Of a stretch of 248,000 bases of DNA, positions 1 through 11,520 are shown piece after piece. A model generated the notes under the pieces. It was not told the origin of the DNA and ran no database searches. It was given only the letters and a program-made list of their open reading frames with translations. How positions within the stretch are numbered: the first letter of the stretch is position 1; each line of letters opens with the position of its first letter. The DNA is taken from positions 1,632,001 through 1,880,000 of the forward strand of contig JAMWBK010000008.1 of assembly GCA_029953675.1 (NCBI GenBank), given 5' to 3'. The stretch comes from Rhodosorus marinus CCMP1338 (Eukaryota > Plantae > Rhodophyta). Both the position numbers and the translations under genes were made by a program.

Positions 1-2170
1 CCAGTTGCTGGATGGCGTGTCTGCTTAGCACATCCGCAATGTTGTCACTGCCTTTTCGGTATTCGATATCAAAGGTAAACGGCAATAAGCGATTTACATA
101 TCTCGCCTGTCTTTTGGTTAGCTCCTTTTGCGAGTGTAGAAAACGCAAAGGGTTATGGTCGGTGCGAAGCACGAAGCGTTGCACCTCTACATATGTTCGC
201 CAGTGTAGTATTGCCAGGGTCAACGCGTAGAGTTCCCGTTCATAAGTGAAATACTTCTCCTCCGTAGTGGTAAACCTCTGGGAGAAGTACGCGATCGGGT
301 GTTCTCCGTCTTCAAACGTTTGTAGTAGTACTGCGCCCATTCCCTTATTACTAGCATCGGTACAAATCGTAAAGGGTTTATCGAAATCCGGGTTACGCAG
401 AACCGGCTGCTGCTTCAGTTTCGCTCTTAGCTTGTCAAAAGATTCTTGTTGCTCTGGTCCCCAATGAAGATCCACGTCCTTCCTCGTGAGGTTGGTGAGG
501 GGTGCTGCTACAAGGCTAAACTTGGGCACGTAGTTTCGTAGATATCCGGTGAAGCCCAGAAAAGACCTTACGTCAATGTACGTTCCGCGGAATTCTCCAA
601 TTCGTTAAGGCGGCAACCTTGCTGGGATCGGGTTGGCGTTGTCCACTGCCTATTATATGTCCCAGATACTTAGTCTCTGGCACACCGAATACGCACATCG
701 ATCGCTTTGTATACAACTTGTTAGCTCGCAACTTCGTAAAAACCTTGGCTAGGTGCTGCTTGTGGTCAGCCATATTCGAAGAGTATATAATGATATCGTC
801 AAAGAAGATAGTGACGAACTCATTCAACTCATCGAAGAAGATGTTGTTGAGCAATCGAGTAATCACCGCAGGTGCATTTGTGAGACCAAAAGGCATTACC
901 AGCCACTCGTACAGCCCAAATGGCGTTGTAAAGGCAGTTCTAGGTATGTCTGTCTCTTTTACCCTCAGCTGCCATTATCCACTTCTCAAGTCGATGACAC
1001 TGAGATAGGTGGCATTACCGGGTGCATCCAAACAATCTTCAATTCTCGGTGGTGCTGTTTTGTTGAGGATTGTTGACTGGTTCAGCTTCCGATAATCAAT
1101 GCACAATCGCCGACCACCATCTTTTTTGTCGACGAAAAGGCATGGCGAGGCGAAAGGCGACGAGCTCGGTTGCACCAAGTTCTTGCTTAAAAGGTCCTTC
1201 AGTTGAGTTTTCAGTTCCCACTGATCCGTAAGACTCATACGGTACGGTCTTTGGGCAATTGGCTCGGTTCCGGGTTTCAAATCGATATTAAAATTGACAT
1301 TGCGCCAAGGGGGCAGGTCCTTTATGTCCTCCGCAAAGACGTCCTCCGCATATTTATATTTCGACGTAATAAATTTCTCCAGAAATTTCGTCTCCTCCCG
1401 TCGTTTTTGTGTAAGCTTCGTCATATTTTTGATTTCGGGTTCCTCCAACGTTTCACTTTCATCAGGGTGAATTTGGTTGGTTGTAGTTTTCTGGTTCTTC
1501 GTAACAAATTCTTCAGGGTTTTGTTGACAGTAATTTTCCGGGTTTTCAGGTTTCTGTTCAGGATGAGTGACAAATTCTTCAGCTTCTTCTGGTTGATTGC
1601 TCAGCTTGGCTTCTGGTTTAATGTCTGGGTCTGTTTCAGTTTCTTCTGGGTATTCAGGTTCTTCTGGGTATTCAGGTTCTTTTTCTGGTTTTTCTTCTGG
1701 TTTGTTTTCTTCAGGATTCGGTTCTGGATCTTCAGGATACTCCTCTGGTTGTTTATCTGGTTTTTCAGGGTAATTTTCGTCGGGGTTATTTGCTTTGTCG
1801 GGGTTCAACATCAGCAGCTGGTTTGGTAGGTCGAATCTTGCTTGATAGTAGTTGAGAAAATCTCTCCCCAAATACCCTGGGCTTGCGGCGTCTTCCACAA
1901 CGTAAGGTTGCCAGTCGAAGTTGTGACCGCCCAGTTGTGAGGTTACGTTGGCTTCGCCCAAGATTTTTATGGGTGTGCCCGGGGAGGCGGTGTCCAATTT
2001 CCCGTGTTGAGTCGGAATTATTGGGGTGGCGTCCGGTCTTCCTCTCAAGACGGAGTGACTGCTGCCTGTATCGACGAGCAGGGAAATCCTCTTGCCGTTG
2101 ACCAGCCCTTCCACGGTCATGTCTTCCCTCATCGGAACCGGGGCGCCTTTATCACCAACATGCCCCCGAT
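1..2170 (-). mobile_element. Ty3/gypsy pol fragment (aspartic protease, PEE-rich linker, RT, RNase H), frameshifted
   Basis: LLVDTGSSHS protease motif, RLCIDYRKLN, MPFGLTNAPA and FFDDIIIYS RT motifs in ORFs 975..2189 and 573..896; RNase H-type sequence toward position 1. Confidence 0.92.
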
Positions 2171-2933
2171 CAAGTTGCACGCACCCCAACCCAAAACCTA
2201 CGACGGGCGCCGAGATGCTCTAGTTATCAGCACGTTCCTGAATAGTCTCCGCACCTACTTCAAGTTGGCGGAACTTGCCGATGATGCCAATGCGTACAAG
2301 ATAAACTTGGCCGAAGGTTACCTGGTCAGCGATGCTTCGTACTGGTGGTCCTTAATTGCGGACGACAAGCGGCCGACAACCTACGCGGACTTTGAATCTA
2401 CGTTGAAGGCGCAATTTTACCCCGCCGACGCTACGATACGAGCAAAACAACAACTTGCGCACGCGAAGCAGAAAACCACGGTGGCCGCTTACTCGGGGTA
2501 TTTTAACAAGTGCCTCATACAAGTCGGTGCGATTTCAGACTCGGAGAAATTCGACCGGTTCGTTGAAGGGCTAAAGCCTGAGATAAGGAAATATATCTAT
2601 ATTCAGGATATTTCCACCTTCGAGGGAGCCCAGGCTCTCGCCCTGAAAATTGAGGGAGCTGAGGCAGCCAGTCAACCCTCTAGAAGGGAAGAGAAGTTTC
2701 CCCAAAAAATGGCAACGCCCCAGACCACAGTAAGCCGAGGAACCAGACCTGGACGCAGTTACCAACCGGGAACACAAGCGCTGCAGAAGCATAATTACGC
2801 CAATGTTGTTTGCAATTATTGCGGGAAAAGAGGGCATACCCAGCGGATTTGTTGGGACAACCCAGATCGGGATCTGACTATCTCGAAGTCGGCACCCCGC
2901 AATATACAACAGTTAAAAGAGGAGCAACAGTAA
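2161..2933 (+). mobile_element. Ty3/gypsy gag with CCHC zinc knuckle, inverted relative to the adjacent pol
   Basis: Retrotransposon gag-like ORF with CNYCGKRGHTQRIC; the same gag sequence recurs at 199.4-202.0 kb. Confidence 0.88.
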
Positions 2934-3407
2934 GAGGTGCCGATACTGTTGCTGATAAAGGCGCCCCGGTTCCGATGAGGGAAGACATGACCGTGGAAGG
3001 GCTGGTCAACGGCAAGAGGATTTCCCTGCTCGTCGATACAGGCAGCAGCCACTCCGGTCTTCCTCTCTCCGGTCTTCCTCTCTCCGGTCTTCCTCTCCGG
3101 TCTTCCTCTCAAGACGGAGCGGCTGCTGCCTGTATCGACGAGCAGGGAAATCCTCTTGCCGTTGACCAGCCCTTCCACGGTCATGTCTTCCCTCATCGGA
3201 ACCGGGGCGCCTTTATTAGCAACAGTATCGGCACCTCTTACTGTTGCTCCTCTTTTAACTGTTGTATATTGCGGGGTGCCGACTTCGAGATAGTCAGATC
3301 CCGATCTGGGTTGTCCCAACAAATCCGCTGGGTATGCCCTCTTTTCCCGCAATAATTGCAAACAACATTGGCGTAATTATGCTTCTGCAGCGCTTGTGTT
3401 CCCGGTT
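2764..3407. repeat. Fold-back palindrome of the gag end/protease start (~290-bp arms)
   Basis: 2764-3056 is the reverse complement of ~3112-3407; the spacer is a 4x slipped CCGGTCTTCCTCT(CT) unit. Confidence 0.9.
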
Positions 3408-4375
3408 CTTTTGGGACCTGACGATGATTACTTCCCCAACGACAAACTGTCACTCTTAAATATTGAATCAGGATTACTTTTTGTAGACAGACTGTCGTAA
3501 ACAATGAGCATGTCCTTTGTTGAGATCTATCGCTAAGAACCTCTCACTTGCGCTCCTTGTATAGACTTCGGGACGTCAAGCTACAGAATCTGAAGGTGTA
3601 TCTCAAAGCGTGACTACAGACATGGCGCCAATCCTTTTGCATCAGCTCGATCAAGAACATCACGTAGATGACGTACGAATCGCTTGCCTAGTGTCCTGGA
3701 TGTTAACGTGAACCTTTATGAATACTCGAACGAAAACAGTCGGACTCAACTTTCCAAATAGCGGGGTCGCCTTACCCTTCCGCCAGGCCCCGAGCGGCGG
3801 CTTAAGGTTGACTGCCGTGCTTGCTTTGTATTCGAAGAATGATATCTCCGAGCTGCAATCGTTTGTCGTAGTCGAGCAGGACTCTTCTGCCTCTATGGTT
3901 TCAAAACGTTGGAAGCCTCTGAACACTCTGAGGGAGACCACTCACGGACCTCTCGAAATGATAAGAAGTCCAATCAATAGCTGTCGGTTGATTGAAGAAT
4001 GTCGGACGCAATGGAACCTTTTTTTTAAATCGGGCGAGTAAAGCTACCCCAAATATATATATGACACCTTTTATATACGTCAAGGGAGAGAGGGGTGAGA
4101 CAGAGGGAAGAGCAACGAAGAAAAGGGAGAAGTGACACTAAACAATACTAAAAACAATGCTACATACACAAAACTCTTTCCATTGTGTCTATTCACACCG
4201 CAGATTTCGTCCAAGAGCCCCTCAATCGAACCGAATCAAGAAACGAAACAAACCAAAGCGAGCCCTTCTTGAACTAGAGAGGATAGCGCCGTGCTTCCTC
4301 CTAGGTCCTAGGCTAAAGCCAACAGCTCACGAGCAAAGCAAGTAGAAACCAATATATTAGCTAGCATGTTACAGA

Positions 4376-5641
4376 TCAAGAGACGAGCTTGCTTCGATGC
4401 GAGGGTCTCTGATCCTCTTCCCTAATCTCAGGTGCGCATCGCTTCACGCCAATGTCGGAAGCCTCCTCGTCGCTGATACTCGAGCTCCAGCTTGCTAGTC
4501 TTTTCACAGGACTATCACTGTCCTCTGATGTGGTCGCATGACGGTATCCCTGGCCGCTGAGGTTCAGTAGACCTTCCAGTGCGTCGCTGAGCACGCTCGA
4601 GGGGGGGGATCCCGGCTCCGTGGCAGAATGCTCTCCATAATCAGTATCTTCCTTGGCATCCTCGTCGCTGTCGAAGGCCGCGAGGGAAAGTTTTTTCGCG
4701 CGACGAGAAGCGGAAAGGTGTTCATCACGCTTGACTTCCCATCCAGGATGGGCTGCAATCCAGGCTGTGACATTGCGCTTACAAGGCGCAGCGTTGCCGG
4801 AAACAGTTCTTCCAGTCGCAGGATCCCAGACCGTGACTCTCGGCTCCCTTGCCGCGCGACCATTCTGCTCGCTAGCCAATCCAGACGATCCACTGCTCAG
4901 GGACCCAAGGAAACTTGGCTCTGTGAGCTCCGGAGACCTCTCGGAACTGGTCCCAGAGTCGCCGGACATGATTTCCTTGTGGGACGAAATTCCCCTGTCC
5001 AGAATGTACTTCGCTGTGTTCATGACGCTGATCTGCGTCTTGGAACCGCCAACGGTTGTGACAATGGTCTCCCATCGGTCCTCTGCTAGCCGATCCAGCT
5101 CAGCATCTACGCGGGCGAGCGAAAAACGAAAAAAAATTAGCTTTGCGATATCAGCGGGGATATTTCCTTCCGCAAACAGGTTTCTGGACAGCAACGAACC
5201 TGACAGAAGGAGCTGTTCACCAACGCGGACGAGTGCCTCCTCCAGTCTGACGTACTCGTCTGCAGACCAATCTGAGGCCAACGGAGTACTGTCAGCTGGA
5301 TCAGTAAGCAGCGAGACATCATCCAAGAGGGCCTGTGCTACTTTCTTATGCGCGCACAAAGCAGCGAACGAGCTAGCGGCCAACTTGGCCCGTCTGGCCG
5401 CGGACCTTCTCTTGCTCGACTTCAGCTCATCGGCTTTCTCCTCCCATCCTGGGTGTGCCTTGAGCCAGACCGGTAAGTTCTTCCTATACGGTGCAGCATT
5501 TCCCGCCACGGTCTTCCCAGTCGCTGGCTCCCAGACAGTAACGTGCTCATCATCCATCTTCACACCGCTGAAGATCAACGACGCATACGGCGGAAACCCT
5601 GCAGAACTACCACCCCTGCCCATATTCACCCTCCCAAGCAA
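4376..5641 (-). CDS. Protein with two BRK (Brahma/Kismet)-like domains flanking a SANT/Myb-like segment
   Basis: Two copies of VTVW(E/D)PATG-T-V-GNAAP...W..AHPGWE; DRWETIVTTVGGSKT resembles a Myb/SANT helix. Confidence 0.7.
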   Translation of the reverse strand: MLGRVNMGRGGSSAGFPPYASLIFSGVKMDDEHVTVWEPATGKTVAGNAAPYRKNLPVWLKAHPGWEEKADELKSSKRRSAARRAKLAASSFAALCAHKKVAQALLDDVSLLTDPADSTPLASDWSADEYVRLEEALVRVGEQLLLSGSLLSRNLFAEGNIPADIAKLIFFRFSLARVDAELDRLAEDRWETIVTTVGGSKTQISVMNTAKYILDRGISSHKEIMSGDSGTSSERSPELTEPSFLGSLSSGSSGLASEQNGRAAREPRVTVWDPATGRTVSGNAAPCKRNVTAWIAAHPGWEVKRDEHLSASRRAKKLSLAAFDSDEDAKEDTDYGEHSATEPGSPPSSVLSDALEGLLNLSGQGYRHATTSEDSDSPVKRLASWSSSISDEEASDIGVKRCAPEIREEDQRPSHRSKLVS

Positions 5642-8600
5642 ACACTAATAACCCTCTCAACCTCCTCACCCATGTAACTTCATCCCACCGCCCAACCAAC
5701 ACCAGTCACAGTCATCACCTTTAAGGTCACACCCAAAACCCCTGCCGCCCCACGTATCCCCCACATCCCAACCCGCCTCAAAGTCTTAACTGGCGCAAAC
5801 CACCGAAAACAGATTCACAAACCGTCGAAAGTACTTCTCCCCCCCCCTAAAGATCTCCTCCACCCCCACCCCCCCCAAAACGAAAATCCTCCACAATCCC
5901 AAACCTAATCTAACACAAAAATTACACTATTTTTTTGTCGCGACAAAACGGATGAAATCTGCGAATGTTCCATTTCATTGAAATATACACTCCAATTCTA
6001 CCCCCTTCTCCCCTCCCCCACCCAACCAAAAAAAAAACAAAACCGTCGGGACAACGCGAGACTACCCCCCAAAAAACGCACGACAACCGCAATCCACACA
6101 CGTACCCCCAGACGATATCGAATTTTACTATCAACTAAGCGATGTACTAAGATCCATTCAAAATCAGTCAAAATATTATTTGGATAGTCTATAAATTAGA
6201 ACATATTCATTTATATATTTATAAAAGATTGATCAAATCTTTATTGGAGTTATGGGTTAGTAGTAAATTGTACATATCTCACTTGCGATAACCTCCACTC
6301 CCTCCCCCCTTTTCTCTTTCCCTGCAAACACCGAGTTGGAATTCCAGCGCTGAGTCAGTGGATTTAAGGCGGTGGGAATGGAGGAGGAATTCCGGCATGA
6401 ATCTGCCGTGCTCGTGGCGGTACATATATATATTTCTTAATTTTTATTTTTTTGGGGGAACGGGAAAGGAAGGGACGGCTCTAGATTGGATATCTACTGA
6501 TAGACTATATTTGAATGAAAAAAGGATTTTAATGTGAATGTTTTATTGTTATTTTATGTAGAGTTGGATTTCAGGGATCGGCGGTGGGGCATAAAATAGC
6601 GCCGTTTCGTAATCTGGATTTTTTTGTTCATTTGTTCGAGATGCAGAGATGAAAAATTTAAAACTATTCGGAGGATATGAACTCGTGGTTTATGTCGATG
6701 GACAGCGCATAAAAAAGCAGTGAATAATTCTTTAGTTTTAATTAACGAAACAAGGGGGTTGGAGGATTCCAACAGGGGATCTTACAAAAATATTCTTAAT
6801 ACTTGGAGTTTTATTTGTATGGAGAATATTTTATGCGCATGTGATAGATTAGTTCTGGTTAAGAATCTCCTCGGACCAGATTTAATTGCATTATTTGGGG
6901 AGGACAAAAAAAGGGGGGTGGCGAACTCTTTGGGGGTTAGATGCTGTCTCTAGGCAGGTGGACTTCCGCAGTTAAGACTTAGCCTGCCTTCCTCCCGGCT
7001 GTGAACCGCTGGGCCGGTGGCCAAAGAGACAAGAATCTCCGTGTAGGAGAGAGCGCATCGCGCGGAGGGCGTAGTTTAAAGAAACTCTCTCCTGGGGAAG
7101 CGCCGCAGGGGACGAATCTAGCCTTCACCATCACCCGAAACTTTGGGGGAACAAATCAAAATTTGAACGTTCACCGTGTTTAGACTGTTTTCAAATCTCC
7201 ATCAGAATCTTCGCCCCGTAAAACTGATTGCGACAGCTCTGTCCGAGGAAGTTGAGGCAATGCGTAAGGGACGGATCGGGTAGCACGGATCAGGGAATGG
7301 AGCGATTTCTGCGGTAGCCAGTTCCCCGAGCAACTGGGTTGCTGAGGGTCTGCAATGCCGCGGATCGCACGAGATAGGGGTTGGGACATTCCCGAAGAGT
7401 CAGGAGAGGACGTAAAATTAGGCCAAGCAAAAACAATCGACCTATCAAACATTCCCCCCCACCCCCCCCCAAGGGGAATGTTGGCCATATTACATTCCGA
7501 CTCTTCCTCCGCACACGGTGATCCGCGGGGGACATGCGAAAAGCACGTGTTTTGACAGGTTTGCGGGCCTTTCGAATCCTCCCCCCCCCCAAAAAAAAAA
7601 AAATTCCATAACGCCCATGAAATTCAGTCAAGAGCATTTTAAAAATTAAAAAAAACACAAAATGAACATGTAAATAGATTGATTCAATCCCGATTCTACT
7701 TGGGTTCGTAATGGGTTAGCTGCGAGCATTTCTCGGTGGGATAGGTCGATTGTTTTTGCTTGGCCTAATTTTACGTCCTCTCCTGACTCTTCGTCCGCAC
7801 ACGGTGACCCGCGCCGGACACGGAAAGCGCGTGTTTAGAAGGATTGCGACCAACGTTCATCCTTGCCGGTGTTTTCGAATCCACACGTATGACGGATATT
7901 GACAGCGGTGCGTTACGTCATTGACCGCGCCGCAGTCAATGACGGTTTAGAAACACACGGCGGAATTCGGTGCGTGGTCTGATCACAAACCTCGCGAAAT
8001 CTCGCTACCCACAGGAACACTGCCGCTCCTCGCTACAATTTCCGCGCAGCAGCTAGCGATTGATAAAAGACGATACCATAACGGTCCCTGTGCGGCCGAG
8101 AGCGAGTGTGAGGCTTCATGATAGCACTTTTTTGATCCCACGGACTTATTCTGTCTTATCAAGGCTGTTCCTCATTGTCACCTGCGAATAGTCTCATTCC
8201 GAATAGCCTCCCGACCGTTCCCAACTCTCTTTCAAGGCGACAAGAGAGACCCTTGCGGCACCCAAGCAATAGGCAGCTCCCCCCTCCCTCCTTCCGGGAA
8301 AGTCGCAAATTGCACCCATAGACCAACATTCAGTCAACGGATTCTCCCGCCCTAGAATAAATTCCAAGACGAACCCGCCCCAAAAATCGCATTTATCAAT
8401 CATTTTCCAAAGGAGGGAATATCTCAACCACCAATATCCAATCAAAAATGCTTAGTACGAAACAGTTGTAGCTGTACGTGGAAAGATAGGGCCGGCAAAT
8501 ATGAAGAATTAACATTCCAACGTTTCTATTGGACAAAAAAGGGTATCTCGCATCAGTCAATTTTAGACCAACCGTCGTACTGGCCCAAAATTAGTGATAA

Positions 8601-9279
8601 ACAATAATACCTTGGGAAAAGGTGAAAACGCGTTGCAATTTGTCTTCACGCTGGAGAGTTCTTTTCAGCTGATGAGCAAACGAACGTCGTGGGTTGAAGC
8701 AAATTGGCGGATGGAGTTTCTCCCTCTCATAGTAAGAAAGAGGCTTAACAGCTGTTTGTCTGCTTTGGAAGCTACTGGAGGATGATCTTGTAATCGCTTG
8801 CCGCCATTTCAATGCGTTTCAGAGTCACACGGGTAGAATGAAACGTTGGGAAACAGAGTCTAGAAGAACGCGGCTTGATAAGCAATGACGGCGGTGATCT
8901 AGGTCTGATTTAGACAGTTGCACGGACAGCCAGTAGCTTCCAAAACCGTACGCGTATTGCTGTTCTGGGTAGTTGAGATCACACCACGGTCACCTTTTAC
9001 CCTTTAGACTTATGTCTTGGCTCTTTTTTTCTGGAACAAGGTTACATGCTTGTGAGTTGCCATAAAACCTGTGTTTGGTGGAATGCATCCCGTCAACTCC
9101 AACTTTAGTTCTGCTTTGGTCTGGTGCTTCTCTGCTCGTACTCCAGTCTGTGCGTATGACCGCTGCCGTGGCTTTGGAGGCGCGTGCGTGATCTTTGCCT
9201 TCAGTAGTCTTTTTTTACACTCTGCATTTTTTTATGTCTAGTGTTATCAGTTGTGCGTTTTCACATGAATGATTACTGC

Positions 9280-11520
9280 ATAGGCGTCGCCAGAAGGTTA
9301 CAAGTACACGTCGATTGGCGATGTGAAGTCAGATCCGACCTTGAATAAAGCAAGCTTAAGATTGACGGACTAACTTCGTCCGTAGGTCATGAAGCCGTCG
9401 ATCATCCGGAAGAAAATGATACCAGCATCTCAAAATGGGAGAGGACATCCCTCAAGCCAAGGTGCCAACCATGCATCGAGGAGTTCATTCGAGCTGCACC
9501 ACTGAGAAGCTAGCCTCATAATTCTTGGCACTTGTGGATGATGCCACAAGGTTTATTACATGCCGAACTTTCTCTCATCTGAGGATGGGGCGAAAGCACA
9601 GCTGATCAGTCTATTGCGCAATCTAGAAGACCAGTCCTTGCAGGGTGAAGAAACTTCGCACTGATAACCGAGGAGCATTTCAGAATGTAATCCTGAAGGC
9701 TTTCACAGACAGCTAAGGAATCGAACATCAGTTGAACCCCCCGGATACACTGCAGGCGAATGGTGTGGGCTGAGAGGATCAACTATACTCTGCTCACGAG
9801 ACGTCGGGTATAATTTGCAGACAGCTAGATGCCGAAGGAATTGCGGGCGGAAAGCACTAAACGCCGCTATCTACCTTGACAATGGAGTACCCCAAATAGC
9901 AACGGGAGTGCTACTGCGTTGCCAAAAGGTCCCAATATTACATTATGAGGCAAATGGGGTTGAAAGAGATCGTCCAGGCAGGGCGAGTTAGTTGACGGAC
10001 CGGCGGAAGCTTGATCTCCGATCGCGTGAGGTGGTCCAATGCGGCTATAGCCCCGACGAATCGAAGATCCATCATGTGTGGGAGCGTAAAAAAACAAAGG
10101 TTTTCGCACCACTATATTTGAAACCTGTCTCCGGCACTAACACAACGGTTTGTTCTGGTCTACTACTGGAGGGGGACTCTCTGCGCCCTTCCAACGCGTA
10201 CCTCATTGAGCGACCTTAGCCACCGATTAAACAGATCTGTCTGTAAGTCTGCGCTCTGGAATAGGTGAAGATGCAACTACTACGCCTGAAGAGGTTGTTG
10301 CTCGGCTATGTGAGGAAGAGAGCGCAAGCAGATAGCTGAAACACTAGACGCCGGATCAGAGTCCGAACAACCCGAAGATCTACTTCCTGAAACCAATGCT
10401 GGATGAGAACCTAGGTCTACACGTAATTATAGAAAGACCTGGCGCTATGGCTTCGGATCACGGGAGGTGGATGAAACACGTCGAGCCCGAGCCATACTCG
10501 GGTAATCTCAAAGGTGAAGACCAGCATTAGTGGTTAACTCCAGTTCAAGCCGAGCTTAAAAGAGCTTGCTGGAGCACAAACCTTTGGACGGGGTGCAAGA
10601 GATACCCGAGAAATACTCCGGCATTCTCAACGTTGAAGACCAGCGTTAGTGACTAACTCCAGTTCAAGCCGGGCTTAAAAGAGCTTGCTGGAGCACAAAG
10701 CATTGGACGGGGTGCAAGAGAAATCCGCTGGAAAGAAATTAATCGGTGTTAAACAGGTATTGGTGAGAAAGGAGGATGCAAATTGAAGGTTGCTCAAGTT
10801 CAAGAGGCGTCCTGTGGCGAAAGCTTATAACCAGTCGTACGGAGGTGTATCGAGTGGGTGATGATCAGACGCACGTACCTGTGGTGAGGCTTGAAACGCT
10901 TCGAGCGCTTCGAAATGCTTATCTTCAGAGGCCGCACAACTTGGACAGGCTGATTTTCCTACTGCATTCCTCGATGAGAAGTTCAAGAGGACAACTACGT
11001 TGAGGTCCTACGACGACCAGACATCAGCGCTGGAGGAGTTCTGTTAAAGATATCCTTATTTTGCTCAAAGCAAGCGGGTGCTGCGTGGAATCAGGTAACA
11101 CTCGAAGGGCTTCATGCCTCACCGCATGTACGTAGCAAAATCCACCCTACCACTCTAGTTGTAGCCTTTCCCCACCAGACGCACCTTCAATAGTGCAACG
11201 AAGAGGGCAAGGAAGACCTAGATCAACGTACGTGTTCTGGAAACCGTCTAAGTCCTCCACGACCAGATCAGCATCTCTTCGAATGCACCAAAATGCCGAG
11301 TAGGGGGTTGAGAAAGCATTGACTTTGGAGTGGTAGGAAGTGCAGAAACCAGCAATGGTTATCTGAGCATGTAACGATTATTGGAGCAGGTGAATCCATA
11401 AAACTTTTTGGGGATGACGTCGATGGGAGATGCCTGGTTACAGACAGCTGCTTGTTTGTTCTTGACTAAGCGTGAGCGCGCATGATTGCCGGCATCCTTC
11501 GACCGCCGCTAGGATCGGTT
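9280..11520 (+). mobile_element. Degenerate Ty1/copia integrase-RT remnant
   Basis: Stop-riddled copia-like motifs; colinear homologous copy at ~32.1-34.1 kb. Confidence 0.65.

Noticed and set aside
6913-7140. HDV-like ribozyme or RNase P RNA
   Set aside because: CGAA followed by a P2-like pairing is present, but no P1 partner or convincing CR-I motif was found; kept only as an unassigned candidate
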